Assembly (NCBI GenBank): GCA_046563655.1
Contig: CM102289.1
Coordinates: 2,170,001-2,234,000 of the forward strand
Origin: Yuukianura sp. NJ FZ-2021
Lineage: Eukaryota
DNA: 64,000 nucleotides
Direction: 5' to 3'
Below the pieces are notes generated by a model. The model was not told where the DNA came from, did not search any database, and saw only the letters and a program-made list of their open reading frames with translations. Shown here one piece after another: positions 24,751 through 36,068 of the stretch (the first letter of the stretch is position 1; the number at the start of each line of letters is the position of its first letter). A program made the position numbers and the translations under genes.

Positions 24751-26443
24751 TTTGTGGTTTTGTGTATTTTTGGCCTTGATTTTTTGTGTATTTTGGTATT
24801 TTGTGCACTGATTTTTGATTGAATTTTGTGATTTTGCCTATATGGTTCCCCGTCCCCCCCCCCCTAATCATTTGATTTCCCAGGTTTTTAGGAGACATAG
24901 GCCTGCAGGAGATCGACGTCGCGCGCACCCCATGGATTGATACTTTGATGACTACTTTGGACACTTTTACTGGTTCTTAAACACTCTTATTGATTTATGT
25001 ACATATACTTAATACAATTTTTCCTAACCTTATCTTTCTTCCTCTTTAGAGATGTTGATTCCCTAAATTGGTTCCCTTACCCTCCATTTTGAGCCTTAGA
25101 CGAGCATTTTTCCTAAATTCTTCCCATACCCGTTTTACCCCCCGATTAGGCATAACAAATTTGCTAAATTTTCAGCCCTGAATTCGGTTTAATGTTTTCT
25201 CGTGTTTTCAGTTTCCCTCCCCGCTTTTTCCCCACCATTTTTGTTCTATTTTCAGTGATTGGACACCATTCGGCACCATTTTCAAAATTTTTCAAAATTG
25301 ACGCTCGGTCCATCTCACCCACTTGTACCCCTTGGTTTTTTCGAGCCGGGACGGCTCTGGGCTCGGCGGCGGGGTCATGAGGGGTTACAGCCTGTGCAAC
25401 CCACCCTTAAGTCAACCAGAAGTTCATCTCCGTCTCTCTCGTCAGTCTCCGTCAGTCAGTCGGATTCCCCCCTCCAACACATCAACATCTCTGCCTGGTT
25501 CCTTTTTCTTTCAATTAAAACTTAATTCTAAATTAAAACTTAAACTTAAAACTAAACTTTAAATAAACGGAGTATCAACTCCTTTCCCGAGCATCACCAT
25601 CATCAGTTGTTCCTGCCTTTTGTTTCCTTGAGCTTTCCATTAGCTCTCACGAAGCTGCGGACCTTGACAATTCCGACAACCAAATTACCGACTTCCTTCA
25701 AGTCAAAATTATTTCAATAGTTACTTAAGAATCACTTTTCAATTTGAAATTTTTTTTTTATGTTTGATGATTGTTGCAGAAAGTGAACCACTTGATTTAT
25801 TTCTTGGTCGAATCTCGGACCCATTTTTCAAAGCGGCATTACATTAGTGCCAAAAAGAACATAAAATTTTGCAAGCGGATTGTTGATGTAATACCTTTTC
25901 CAAACGTAAGTCTGGAAACACAACGTTTCTAAAAATACATATTGACATGCGCTTATCAATGACAGTGCCAAAGTCAATTCACTACGGTATTATTTCATAA
26001 CTTAACTAATTTTATTTTATTTTTGACGTCAGAAACACTTAGAGGGAAGGTTGGAGCTTAAACTGTCGCTGATTGCATTCAGAAGTGGGAAAACGTCGGA
26101 CTCTTTCAAGCACGTCACCAAAGCACTGGATTTGTATCCCACGTACGTCAATGGACTTCTGCACAGAGCTCATCTTCATAAACTCAACAAGAATTGGGAG
26201 TCAACGCTTCAAGATCTGGAGGCAAGCATTTTCAAAATTTTTAAACCTTGGGTATGGGGGAGACATTGCTGACTCCAGATTTTTAATTAATTAAATTAAA
26301 TTAATTAAAAGTAATTTATATTTGGAGTCATCAATGCCCCTCCATACTTAGAAATTCCAAGAAAAAATACAGTAATCGTTACAAAAACAAAATTTGTTAA
26401 TGTTTTTGTAAATTGTATTACAGAAGGCAAGGGACAATGATTC

Positions 26444-28903
26444 TCACCTGACGAAGAAACCGTACCAGGTTTGGATCGCGGAAGCCAAATTCCAAGTCAG
26501 GCGCAAGCGTAAATGACTTCTTGACGATTGCTCTCCAAATTTGACTACCCTAGTTTTATAATTACGGCAAGAAATTTGAGAAGCTAACTCCTTGGCGAAA
26601 GCGAAAATTGACACTCCAATTGCGAATAAAAACAAAATAAAAATCGTGCTGCATTTTTTAGTAAGCGCCAAAGGTACTGCCTTTCCCATTTCCCGCTGGA
26701 ATTCAATTTGTTCCTTTTGAAACGTTAATTTTCCATGGTAAATTCTTAGTGTTTCCCAGTAGTGCAGAAATCCACCGGTAGAAAGTGCATCTACATTGGG
26801 TTTGATGTAGAGGTTGTCATAGTCTTCCTCCAGAAGAGCTATAAAGTACTGTTTAGTTCCAAATCGAAAGTGCTCCATTTCCTTTTGTTTTGTGTTGCCT
26901 GTGTAATAAGCAGTATTCTTCGTATTGTTTTTTGTAGTGCGTTTGAAACGCTTTACAAAAATGTCCTCCGTTGGCATGGCGTACACCGTCTTGTTACATT
27001 CGGCTAGTTCATCAAGAAGAAATGCATTTGGATGCGGGTGGTCCCTATCGAACTGGTCCAGAAATAACTCCGCCTTCGAATTGAAATCTGGATCGCTTAT
27101 ATCTGGCATTTGCTGGAGTGAGCAATTGTAGTTATACCCCGTTGCCGCTCTTACTACTGGACTAAACTGATTAAAAACGGCATATTTCTCAGCTATTTTT
27201 TGAGTTGATAGATGAGGATTGGTCTGTATGGACACTAAGAATTGTTCATTAAGTTGAAAATTGATAATGGGGTTGAAGCGGGCCGATTTCGGCACGCTAC
27301 TGTTGTACCAGTTGCATTTTTCTGTGTATATAAATATAACTGGGACTTTGTACTTGTTAAGAATTGAGAAATTTGCGTTGACGACCTCGGCAAATGTTTC
27401 AAGGCCTCGCCATGGGGGAGCCAAGGTGAGTTCGGAAATGAGTGCTCCCTTGTAGCGATTGGCCAAAAATAGACTTATTATGATTAATGGAGTGGCAATA
27501 AAGAGGTAGTACTTGCTTGTACGTAACGTTTTGGACACCGTAGGAGGAATTTCTATGAGTAAAGCAAAAATTATAAACCAGGGTTTATCCTGAGTTTTTA
27601 ACTTCCAAATTATAATCCAAAAGGAACCGAAAGCGGCACAAACCGTTGCCAAAATTGTCGCCCACAGAGTTGCGCTGAAACCTTTGACGTACATTGCATA
27701 AGAATCTTCAGATTTGTAGTGCCCGTCACACGTTATGAAGTTATACTCATTCTGGTATGTACTTGGGAGCATCGTAAGTGTTATTGGTAGCCTACCTTTT
27801 GCTGTGTATACTACGTTCCCGTTATACATCCTTGTAAAAAACATATTGTGTTCCATCATGGAAGCTGGCATGTCTCGATAAAGCACGACATTTACCTCTG
27901 TTGCAATTTCGTTTCCTTTAGAAGTAAGCAAAAGAAATGGTTCCTGACAAGATTTATTTCCTTGTATGAATATCGTAGTCTTAAACTCCATTGATTCTTC
28001 AAGTATGTACGACGTTTTATATTTTCCCACAGACAAGAAATGTATTAATAAGTACGCAAAATAAATGTTTGAAAGATGGAGGTCTTTGGGATTCAGTAAG
28101 GCAGATGGTGCAGGCGCTAATGTAACGCAATGGCGTCCAACCCCTTGCTCTGTTGTAGACATGAGTTCAAACATTTTAGTGTTGTTTGTAAAGTAAGTTG
28201 TGATCTCACCCAACCAAATATCATGAATTCCAGGTACGGTAAGACGAGACAGTTCTCTAAAAGCTATAAACGTTTTTCTGTACATAAGTTTTGTAAGCTC
28301 TACTTCTACTTTACCGTTTTGATTCACTCCAACTTTGATTACAGTACAACGACATGCGCTTCTTAATTCGTAATATACTCTTTCAGTAACTTTTTGTTCT
28401 GAAATTCCAACTAAAAAACTGGATTGAGTTTTGAACAAAAGATTGTACCAGGTTACCTCGGCGTCATTTCGCAGTCTATTCCGGCCATCTAGTTTAGCAC
28501 TGTACAAATTTGAATATTTTTCCAAGTTTTTCCTGAATGTGAAAACGTGTTCCATTTTAAAACTTTCTACGTTGTCAAATCCACAGTATATGAAAGCCAT
28601 ACATTTGAATTTTAGTTTCATGGTGTTGTTAACGTCCGAATTTGAAAATCCTTGCACAGTCGGTTTAGTATCTGCACTCAAAGCTATTGGGAATTCAAGT
28701 GAAGCGTTGAATTGACAAATTCCCTGACGGTCGTTCCTTGCAGCGTTTATTATGACAAAATCTATCCAACAGTTATTGAAAAATGTCAAAATTTGTGTCT
28801 GAACTTCGTGGGAACTTATTTGAAACGTGGTGGAAATGTAGCGAATGGATAAAAATAAAATTAGACTAAAAATAGTTCTGGGTTGGCAAATCGGAAAATT
28901 CAT
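26444..28903 (-). CDS. Divergent ionotropic-receptor-like (variant iGluR) membrane protein, intronless
   Basis: 819-aa ORF with signal peptide, long ectodomain, YNFITCDG, pre-M1 KGFSATLW, M1, pore-like LLIE, M3 NRYKGALISELT, S2-like LETFAEV..NFSI, and a final TM. Confidence 0.75.
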   Translation of the reverse strand: MNFPICQPRTIFSLILFLSIRYISTTFQISSHEVQTQILTFFNNCWIDFVIINAARNDRQGICQFNASLEFPIALSADTKPTVQGFSNSDVNNTMKLKFKCMAFIYCGFDNVESFKMEHVFTFRKNLEKYSNLYSAKLDGRNRLRNDAEVTWYNLLFKTQSSFLVGISEQKVTERVYYELRSACRCTVIKVGVNQNGKVEVELTKLMYRKTFIAFRELSRLTVPGIHDIWLGEITTYFTNNTKMFELMSTTEQGVGRHCVTLAPAPSALLNPKDLHLSNIYFAYLLIHFLSVGKYKTSYILEESMEFKTTIFIQGNKSCQEPFLLLTSKGNEIATEVNVVLYRDMPASMMEHNMFFTRMYNGNVVYTAKGRLPITLTMLPSTYQNEYNFITCDGHYKSEDSYAMYVKGFSATLWATILATVCAAFGSFWIIIWKLKTQDKPWFIIFALLIEIPPTVSKTLRTSKYYLFIATPLIIISLFLANRYKGALISELTLAPPWRGLETFAEVVNANFSILNKYKVPVIFIYTEKCNWYNSSVPKSARFNPIINFQLNEQFLVSIQTNPHLSTQKIAEKYAVFNQFSPVVRAATGYNYNCSLQQMPDISDPDFNSKAELFLDQFDRDHPHPNAFLLDELAECNKTVYAMPTEDIFVKRFKRTTKNNTKNTAYYTGNTKQKEMEHFRFGTKQYFIALLEEDYDNLYIKPNVDALSTGGFLHYWETLRIYHGKLTFQKEQIEFQREMGKAVPLALTKKCSTIFILFLFAIGVSIFAFAKELASQISCRNYKTRVVKFGEQSSRSHLRLRLTWNLASAIQTWYGFFVR

Positions 28904-29693
28904 TTTTCCAGAACAATTTTTGGATGTACTCGGCTAAAGGCCAGTTTAGCTTCTCTCGAGTTAGGTTTCTTAAAAATGCTTTTCTTGAAATTTAATGATT
29001 ATTAAAATAATTTATTCATATTTAAAAATTTTCTGAAAGGTCAGGCATCAAAGAATAGCCAAACCTTAAATATTTAATAACCCGTCCATATCTTAGGCCA
29101 AGTTGTTTTTAATAGATATTCAAATGGAATAGTTGAAATAAACTTACTTACTCAACAGGTAGGCAGCGGAAACTTATCTTACGCTAAACTCTAAAGAAAA
29201 ATGGATTTATCTTGAAGTTACTAACAATGTGCAACAATGTTCGAGCTATGCGTCAAAATTTACAATTTGTCAATTTGCTCAACTGAAAGTGCTTGGAACG
29301 GGAATGACGTCGCTGGGCAAAACATTAATAATTAAGTTTTAAAGTGTTGCCGTATAATTAAATAGTAAACGAATTCTACTCATTAAATTTTTATCTTTCG
29401 CGTGTCTTACCAAAGAAAATTAAACTTTCTTCTTTTGACTGACAAAGCATGACTTTTATCAGTTCAAATTCGGTTTTAGAATCATAAAAGTATTTCTAAT
29501 CGTACATAAGGGTGTTTCTTTTATATAAATGCAATTTTTTTCAAGTTTATATGTTGTATTTTAGCTGAAGATATGGTTAAGCATAGTAAAAGTAGGAAAC
29601 GTTTTATCAAAGCCAGCCACATATGCCTATTGTTTTAAGAATTTTTATTTTATTAGATTTTTGCAGGTTATAAAAAAATCCTTTGCACACTAA

Positions 29694-32162
29694 TTATGAA
29701 TTTTGTATTTGAATCTTAGTTGACAAAAATTCTTGTCTTGAAATAACAATGACGTTTATCAGTGTCTTTGAGTTCAAATATTGACTTATCCTACACGAAA
29801 TTTTACCATATACCAACTCCTTGCCTGCCACCAAAACTGACATCGCCATTCCAATAGCAAACAGAAGAAAAATAGTGCCAAATTTTCGGGTTAGCTTCAT
29901 AGGTGCTACTTTCGACATTTCGTGCTGAAATTGACTTTCTTCCGCACGAAATGTGATTTTTCCATGGTACGTTCTAAGTTCTTCCCAGTAGTGCAGAAAT
30001 CCACCGGTAGAGAGCGCATCTACATTAGGTTTGATGTAGAGGTTGTCATAGTCTTCTTCCAGAAGGGCTATCAAGTACTGTCTACTTCCAAAGTTAAATA
30101 ATTCCATTTCTTTTTTCTTTGTATTTCCGACGTATGCAGCCTTTCTGCTTTCATTTTTCAAACCATTTTTAAAATGTGGTAAAAAAGTATCCTCCGTTGG
30201 TAGAGCGTACGCTGTTTTATCACATTGCGCAAGTTCAGCAGAAATAAGGTCATTGGGATGCGGCCTATTGAAATTTTTCATAAATGAGTCGATGTCTTGT
30301 ATGGATTTCATTTTCTCCATCAATGGTTGTGAACAGTTGTAAGGACCATGCGGTATTCGGATTTGACGTAAAAGTTGACTCAGCAATGCAAGTTTCTCTG
30401 CAATTTGGTTGCTATTTAGGTTAGAGTGATAGATTGAATCATTCAGTGGAAGTATTAGTTCAAATGAAGGCTGTAATGACGCTAGTGTTGTGAATATACT
30501 TGAATTCCAGTTGCACTTCCTGGCGTACAACGCGAGAGATGGGAAGTTGTATTTACTCAGAATTGAGTAATTTGCGTTGAGTACTTCATGGAAAGTCTCA
30601 TGTCCTTTCCAAGTCGGTGCCAATGACAGTCGAGCTGTCAGGCTACCTCGGTATCCATTGGATACAATCAGACTAAAAAGAATTAGCGGAAAAGCTACCA
30701 GGTAGTAGTGGCTGCTCTGAGTCAGTTTTATGGACACTTTGGGAGAAATTTCAAGTAGAGATCCAAAAATTATGAGCCATGGGGTATCTGTTGCGTTCCG
30801 CTTCCAAATGATAGCCCAGGTTAGAACGTACGTGGTACAAATTGTTAAAGTAATTACACCCCACAAGTTTGCGTCAAAACTTTTAACGTACATTTCATAA
30901 GAGTTCTCTGATTCATACCTGCCGTCACAAGTTACAAAGTTGTAGCCGTCTTCATAAGTACTTGGTATAACAGTAACGGTAAGAGGCATTGTAGTTTTAA
31001 CATTTTCTGCTGCGCTCAATGCCACAGACGTAAAATTGTGCACATTTAGTAACTGATACGAATATTCACGAGCAGTCATATCACGATAGAGTATGGTATT
31101 CGCTTCCGTTGAAACTTTGTCCCCTTCTGCCGAATACTGCATGAATTCCTTCAAACAGGATTTGTTTCCTTGTATCAATGATTTTAGAAACGAATCCATC
31201 GGAACTGCATATATATAAGAAGTTTTATATTTACCGCTAGACAGAAAATTTATGAACAAGTATGCGAAATGGTATTTTTCAAATTGAAGTTCCATAGGGT
31301 CTAGAAATATAAAAGGAGGCGGTGCGGATGTTACGCAGTGACGCCCAATACCCAAATCATTCATCGACGCAACTTTGAAAACTTTTGTGTTGTTGGTAAA
31401 GTAGCTTTTGAGTTTTTCAAACCAAATGTTCTGAATAGCCTGGACACTCGTAAGAGCCAAATGTCTGAAAACGCTAAAGTATTTTCCGTACATGAGTTTC
31501 GTAATTTCGAGTTCAGCGGTATCGTTGCTATTCAATCCGACCTGTATTACGGTACATCGGCATTGGATATGGATGTACGGAAAAAAGGTTCTACGAGACA
31601 CGTTTTGTTCAGCGACTCCAACTACGAAGCTGTTTTGAGTTTTGAACAATCGATTGTACCACAGAAGATGTTCGTTTCTTTCTGACCGGTCTCCATTGTT
31701 TAAATTTGCGTACCTTTTCACACTTTGGTTGAAATGGACACCGATTTCTCGACTTTGACTTTCCGTATTATCAAATCCACAGAAGATGAAAGCGAGACAT
31801 TTGAATTTCAGTTGCAATGTTTGATTTACCTCCAAATTTGAAAATCCGCGCCTTCCTGGCGTTGATCCTAAGGTCAACACTATTGGAATATCCAGTGAAG
31901 CATTGACCTGACACAGGCCAAGGCGGTCATTTCTTGCAGGATTTATCATGACAAATTCCGTCCAACAGTCACCGAAGAATGTCAAAATTTGTATTTGAAT
32001 TTGGTCAGAACTCATCGTAACTGTAAATGAAGTGAGAGAAATAAAAAAAGCTAACATGATTACAGAAACAACATTGGTATGATAAGCGACGGCTATTCTT
32101 TTTGCACACTTTGCCACTGGAGTTTGATTTATTACACAAAAACCCGACTTGTACGGATGCAT
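29694..32162 (-). CDS. Divergent ionotropic-receptor-like protein, intronless
   Basis: 822-aa ORF paralogous to 26444-28903. The true start may be the second Met, before the hydrophobic stretch. Confidence 0.75.
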   Translation of the reverse strand: MHPYKSGFCVINQTPVAKCAKRIAVAYHTNVVSVIMLAFFISLTSFTVTMSSDQIQIQILTFFGDCWTEFVMINPARNDRLGLCQVNASLDIPIVLTLGSTPGRRGFSNLEVNQTLQLKFKCLAFIFCGFDNTESQSREIGVHFNQSVKRYANLNNGDRSERNEHLLWYNRLFKTQNSFVVGVAEQNVSRRTFFPYIHIQCRCTVIQVGLNSNDTAELEITKLMYGKYFSVFRHLALTSVQAIQNIWFEKLKSYFTNNTKVFKVASMNDLGIGRHCVTSAPPPFIFLDPMELQFEKYHFAYLFINFLSSGKYKTSYIYAVPMDSFLKSLIQGNKSCLKEFMQYSAEGDKVSTEANTILYRDMTAREYSYQLLNVHNFTSVALSAAENVKTTMPLTVTVIPSTYEDGYNFVTCDGRYESENSYEMYVKSFDANLWGVITLTICTTYVLTWAIIWKRNATDTPWLIIFGSLLEISPKVSIKLTQSSHYYLVAFPLILFSLIVSNGYRGSLTARLSLAPTWKGHETFHEVLNANYSILSKYNFPSLALYARKCNWNSSIFTTLASLQPSFELILPLNDSIYHSNLNSNQIAEKLALLSQLLRQIRIPHGPYNCSQPLMEKMKSIQDIDSFMKNFNRPHPNDLISAELAQCDKTAYALPTEDTFLPHFKNGLKNESRKAAYVGNTKKKEMELFNFGSRQYLIALLEEDYDNLYIKPNVDALSTGGFLHYWEELRTYHGKITFRAEESQFQHEMSKVAPMKLTRKFGTIFLLFAIGMAMSVLVAGKELVYGKISCRISQYLNSKTLINVIVISRQEFLSTKIQIQNS

Positions 32163-32859
32163 TTAAATTAAAAAGTTATCGAAAAACGAGGGTTATTGTT
32201 GATATAACAAATTTATTTGCGTCCAATTTTTATTTTCTGTTGGTGAAGCCAATGACTTTTTTGCTGCTACCACAGAAGAATGTCTTACAATGACGGATTT
32301 TTACTAATTATGCTCCTCCTTGCCAAATACCAATATTGACATGGCAAGTCCCGCAAGAAACAAAAGAAAAATGGTTTGGGTAATTTTTGATTAAGTTCCA
32401 GCGGGATTACTTATCTATTTGCTAATGCTAATTGCATTCAGAACTAGGAAAACGGCTTTCTCTTTTAGTCACGTAACAAAAACACTGTGTTTTTGCACCA
32501 ATTATGCCAAAGGACTTGTGCGTTGAGCTTATTTTAACTAAACTAGCTAAATTAGCTTTTAACTACTAAACTTAACTAAAACTAAACAAGAATTGTGTCT
32601 GCTTTCAGCATAATACGCCGATATATGTTCCATTTTCATAGTCTAACGTTACAGTAAGGGTAAAAAATTATTTCGTTTTCGCGTTTTGAAAATTCTTGTT
32701 TTATTTCAATTTAACATGGAACAAGGTCAGTTAAACTCAAAGTTAATTCTACTTCCTAACTTTAATTTAATAGATGATTTTTTGTTCTTTTGAAATACTA
32801 ATAACTTTGATGTCTGAACTTAAACAGTGACACATACCACATGTAATTTATTTACCTGC

Positions 32860-35305
32860 CTAAATTTTTAAACTGCGTATTGCCAAATAATGGTTTTTCA
32901 TAAGTACATTCCAGCTCTTCTTTTTTACCCTAACTTGTTTCTTGATGTGGAAAGGCATAACCTTTGTAGTTCGGCTGAAACAGTAGCGTAAAAAAGTCAA
33001 TATTGTTTGAAATGGAAAGTCTCTAGCTGCTACAAAAGAAGACAAAGCCACTCCTACCAAATACAAAACAAATATGGTAGCACACTTTCTAGTTAGACGT
33101 AAAGGAACTGGCTGCGCCATTTCCCGCTGAAATTCAAATTCTTTTTTTTACAAAATTCAGTTTCCCATTGTAAATTCTTAGTGTTTCCCAGTAATGTAGA
33201 AATCCACCGGTAGAGAGCGCATCTACATTGGATTTTATGTAGATGTTGTCGTAGTCTTCCTCCAGCAAAGCTATCAAGTACTGTTTTCTTCCAAAGTTAA
33301 AGGCTTCCATTTCTTTCCTTTTTGTGTTACCGTAGTAAGCAACGTTTCCGTTTTTCACAATGTTGTGGAAATTTGAGAGAAACGTGGCCTCTGTTGGCAA
33401 TGCGTACACGGTTTTGTTACATTCCGCAAGTTCAGCATTTATAAAATCATTGGGATGTGCCCTGTCGAAGTTTTCCACAAATTTCGTCGCAGCATGCACA
33501 GAATTTAATTCCACATCCATTGGTGGTGAACAGTTGAAAAGAACCTGTGGCAACCGGAGTTGACGTTTAAGTTGATTCCACATGCTACGTTGCTCTGCAA
33601 CTTTGTTCGTTAACATAGATTGACGGATTGATTCATCCAGTCGAAATATTATTTCAAAAACGGGCTCAACTGTTTTTAGGGCTGACAACGTTGGGGAACT
33701 CCAGTTGCACATGTTGGTGTACACAGCAAGAGCAGGTAGCTCAAGTCTATTGAGAATTGAGAAATTTGAGTTCAGCACGTCGTCAAAAGTTTCAAGTCCT
33801 TTCATTGGCGGGGCCAATGACAGTCGAGCGGTCAGGCTACCTCGGTAGCCCGTAGCTAATATTAGACTACAAAGTATGAGAGGCAATGCTACAAACCAGT
33901 AGTGTTTGCTTTTTGCAAGTTTTTCAGAAAGTTTAGGACAAATTTCAAGCAGATATCTTAAAATTATTAGCCATGGGGTATCTGTTCCGTTTAGCTTTCG
34001 AATAATTCCCCAGATGAAAACGTACGCGGTACAAATTGTGAAAGTAATTACTCCCCACAAATCTGAGCCAAAACTCTTTATGTACATTTCATAAGAATTC
34101 TCTGATTCATATCTACCGTCACAACTTACAAAGTTAAAATCATTTGCAAAAGTACTTGGAATGACTGTAACGGATAGAGGCATTGTAGTTTTAATAAATT
34201 CCATTGCACTCATTTCCACAGATATAAATTGGTATACAAAGTCTAGCATAGTTGGGTAATCATAAAAAGATATATCGCGATGTAACAAGGTATTCGACTC
34301 TGTTAAAAGTTCGTTTCCTTCTGCCGAATACGCAAAGAATTCCTTCAAACAGGATTTGTTTCCATGTGCCAGTAGATTTAGATGCGAGTCCGCTGAAAAT
34401 GCATATACATAAGAGGTTTTATATTTACCAGTAGACAGAAAATTAATGAGTAAGTATGAGAAATGGATTTTTTCAAATTGAAGTTCCATCGGGTCCAAAA
34501 ATATAAATGGAGACGGCGCGGATGACACACAGTGGCGCCCAACACCCTGATTATTCACGGACAACAGTTTAAAAATTTTTGTATTGTTGATAAAGTAGTT
34601 TTTGAGTTTTTGAAGCCAAATACTCTGAATACCCTGGACACTTGTAACAGCCAAATTTCTGAAAACGGTAAAGTGTTTTCTGTACATTAGTTTCATAATT
34701 TCGAGCTCAACGGTACCGTTTCGATTCAATCCCACTTGGATTACGGTACAGCGGCATTGCATCGGAATGTAGAGAAAAAAACTTGGACGGCACACGGTTT
34801 GTTCAGCGATTCCAACGATGAAACTGTTTTGAGTTTTGAACAATCGTTTGTACCATAGGAGTTCTTGGCTTCTTTCTGCCGTACCTTGCGACCTGTCTTC
34901 ACTGATCAAATTTGTGTACCGTTTCACAGTTTCTTTTAACTCGACACGAATTTTTTCGGTTTGACCTTTCGTATTATCAATGCCACAAAAAACAATAGCG
35001 AGACATTTGAATTTTAGTTGCAATGTTTGATTTACCTCCAAATTTGAAAATCCGCGCCTTTCTGGAGTTCCTCCTAAAGTCAAAACTAGTGGAGTATCCA
35101 GTGAAGGATCGACTTGGCACAGGCCAAAACGGTCATGTCCTTCAGGACTCAAAATGACAAATTCAGTCCAGCAGTCACCGAAAAATGTCAAAATCTGTAT
35201 ATGAATTTTGTGAGAACTTATTGCAAATGCAGTAAAAGTGGAGCAAGTGGATAAAATTAAAATTAAACTAGAAATAACTTTGGTTTGATGTACTACAAAA
35301 ATCAT
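32860..35305 (-). pseudogene. Ionotropic-receptor-like gene with one frameshift in a T8 run (~33142-33149) before the last TM
   Basis: The 723-aa ORF continues in another frame as MAQPVPLRLTRKCATIFVLYLVG. Removing one base restores KKEFEFQREM. Confidence 0.7.
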
Positions 35306-36068
35306 TTTGTCGAAGCAAATTTTTGCATGTAGTCGATTTTACACTAACTTAGGTTTACTCGTGCTAGATTTTTTAAAAATACTTTTGTGGAAATTACATT
35401 AATATAAAAGTGTTCATTGAAGTGATATTAAAAAAATTCCTAAAACAAAATGCTTCAAAAAAACAGCCTACCATAAATATTTAATAACCCATTGGCCTCC
35501 TATGTCAAGGTGTTTTTAATGGATCCACAAATGGGATAATTAGAATAAACTTTCTTAGTCCAAAACAATGCTCCACGTTCATTTTATTACATATCGACAA
35601 ACCTGAAAGACAAAAAACTTAAAAATGTTTTTTTTTTGAAATTTAAGGTTATTTTTTTTCGAAGTTACTTACAATGTGCAACTACATATGAGCCACGCCT
35701 CAAAATTTGTATTACATTTGTCATAATTTGCACAACAAAAAATGGTTCGAATGGGCTTGGCGCTGACGGTCAAAACATTAATCATTTTAGTTTTAAAGTG
35801 CTGTCGTCTAATTAAATAGTCAATTCTAGTTATTAACTTTTTATATTTCGTGTGTCTTGCCCATTGCCTAAAACCATTCAACTTTCTTCTTCTCACTGAC
35901 AAAAACTCTGGGTTTTATATGTTGAAACCGAACTTTAGAATCACGAACGCTTTTCTGAAAGTACACATAACGATGTTCTCCACGTTCATTTTACCACAAA
36001 GTTATGAAAGGAATTTAAATTACTCCTGACACTAATTCTGAATTTAAATCTAAGTTGACAAAAAATAT

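Larger units (their letters stand above)
22021..25649 (+). mobile_element. Non-autonomous LTR retroelement (Ty3/gypsy-type ends, no pol)
   Basis: 272-bp TG...CA LTRs at 22021-22292 and 25378-25649 that look identical by eye; 4-bp TSD CGAA; PBS TGGTGGACGATC at 22296; G-rich tract before the 3' LTR; a single ORF. Confidence 0.95.
20350..26272 (+). pseudogene. TPR-repeat gene interrupted by the LTR element; 5' part appears decayed
   Basis: Exon 21928-22020 (PDPIRAGAKYLKAIKAYRLDHFKECVVLLNE) resumes in frame at 25654 (AADLDNSDNQITDFLQ). Later exons are KVNHLIYFLVES... and ...KALDLYPTYVNGLLHRAHLHKLNKNWESTLQDLE (TPR-like). Upstream boundaries are uncertain. Confidence 0.55.
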
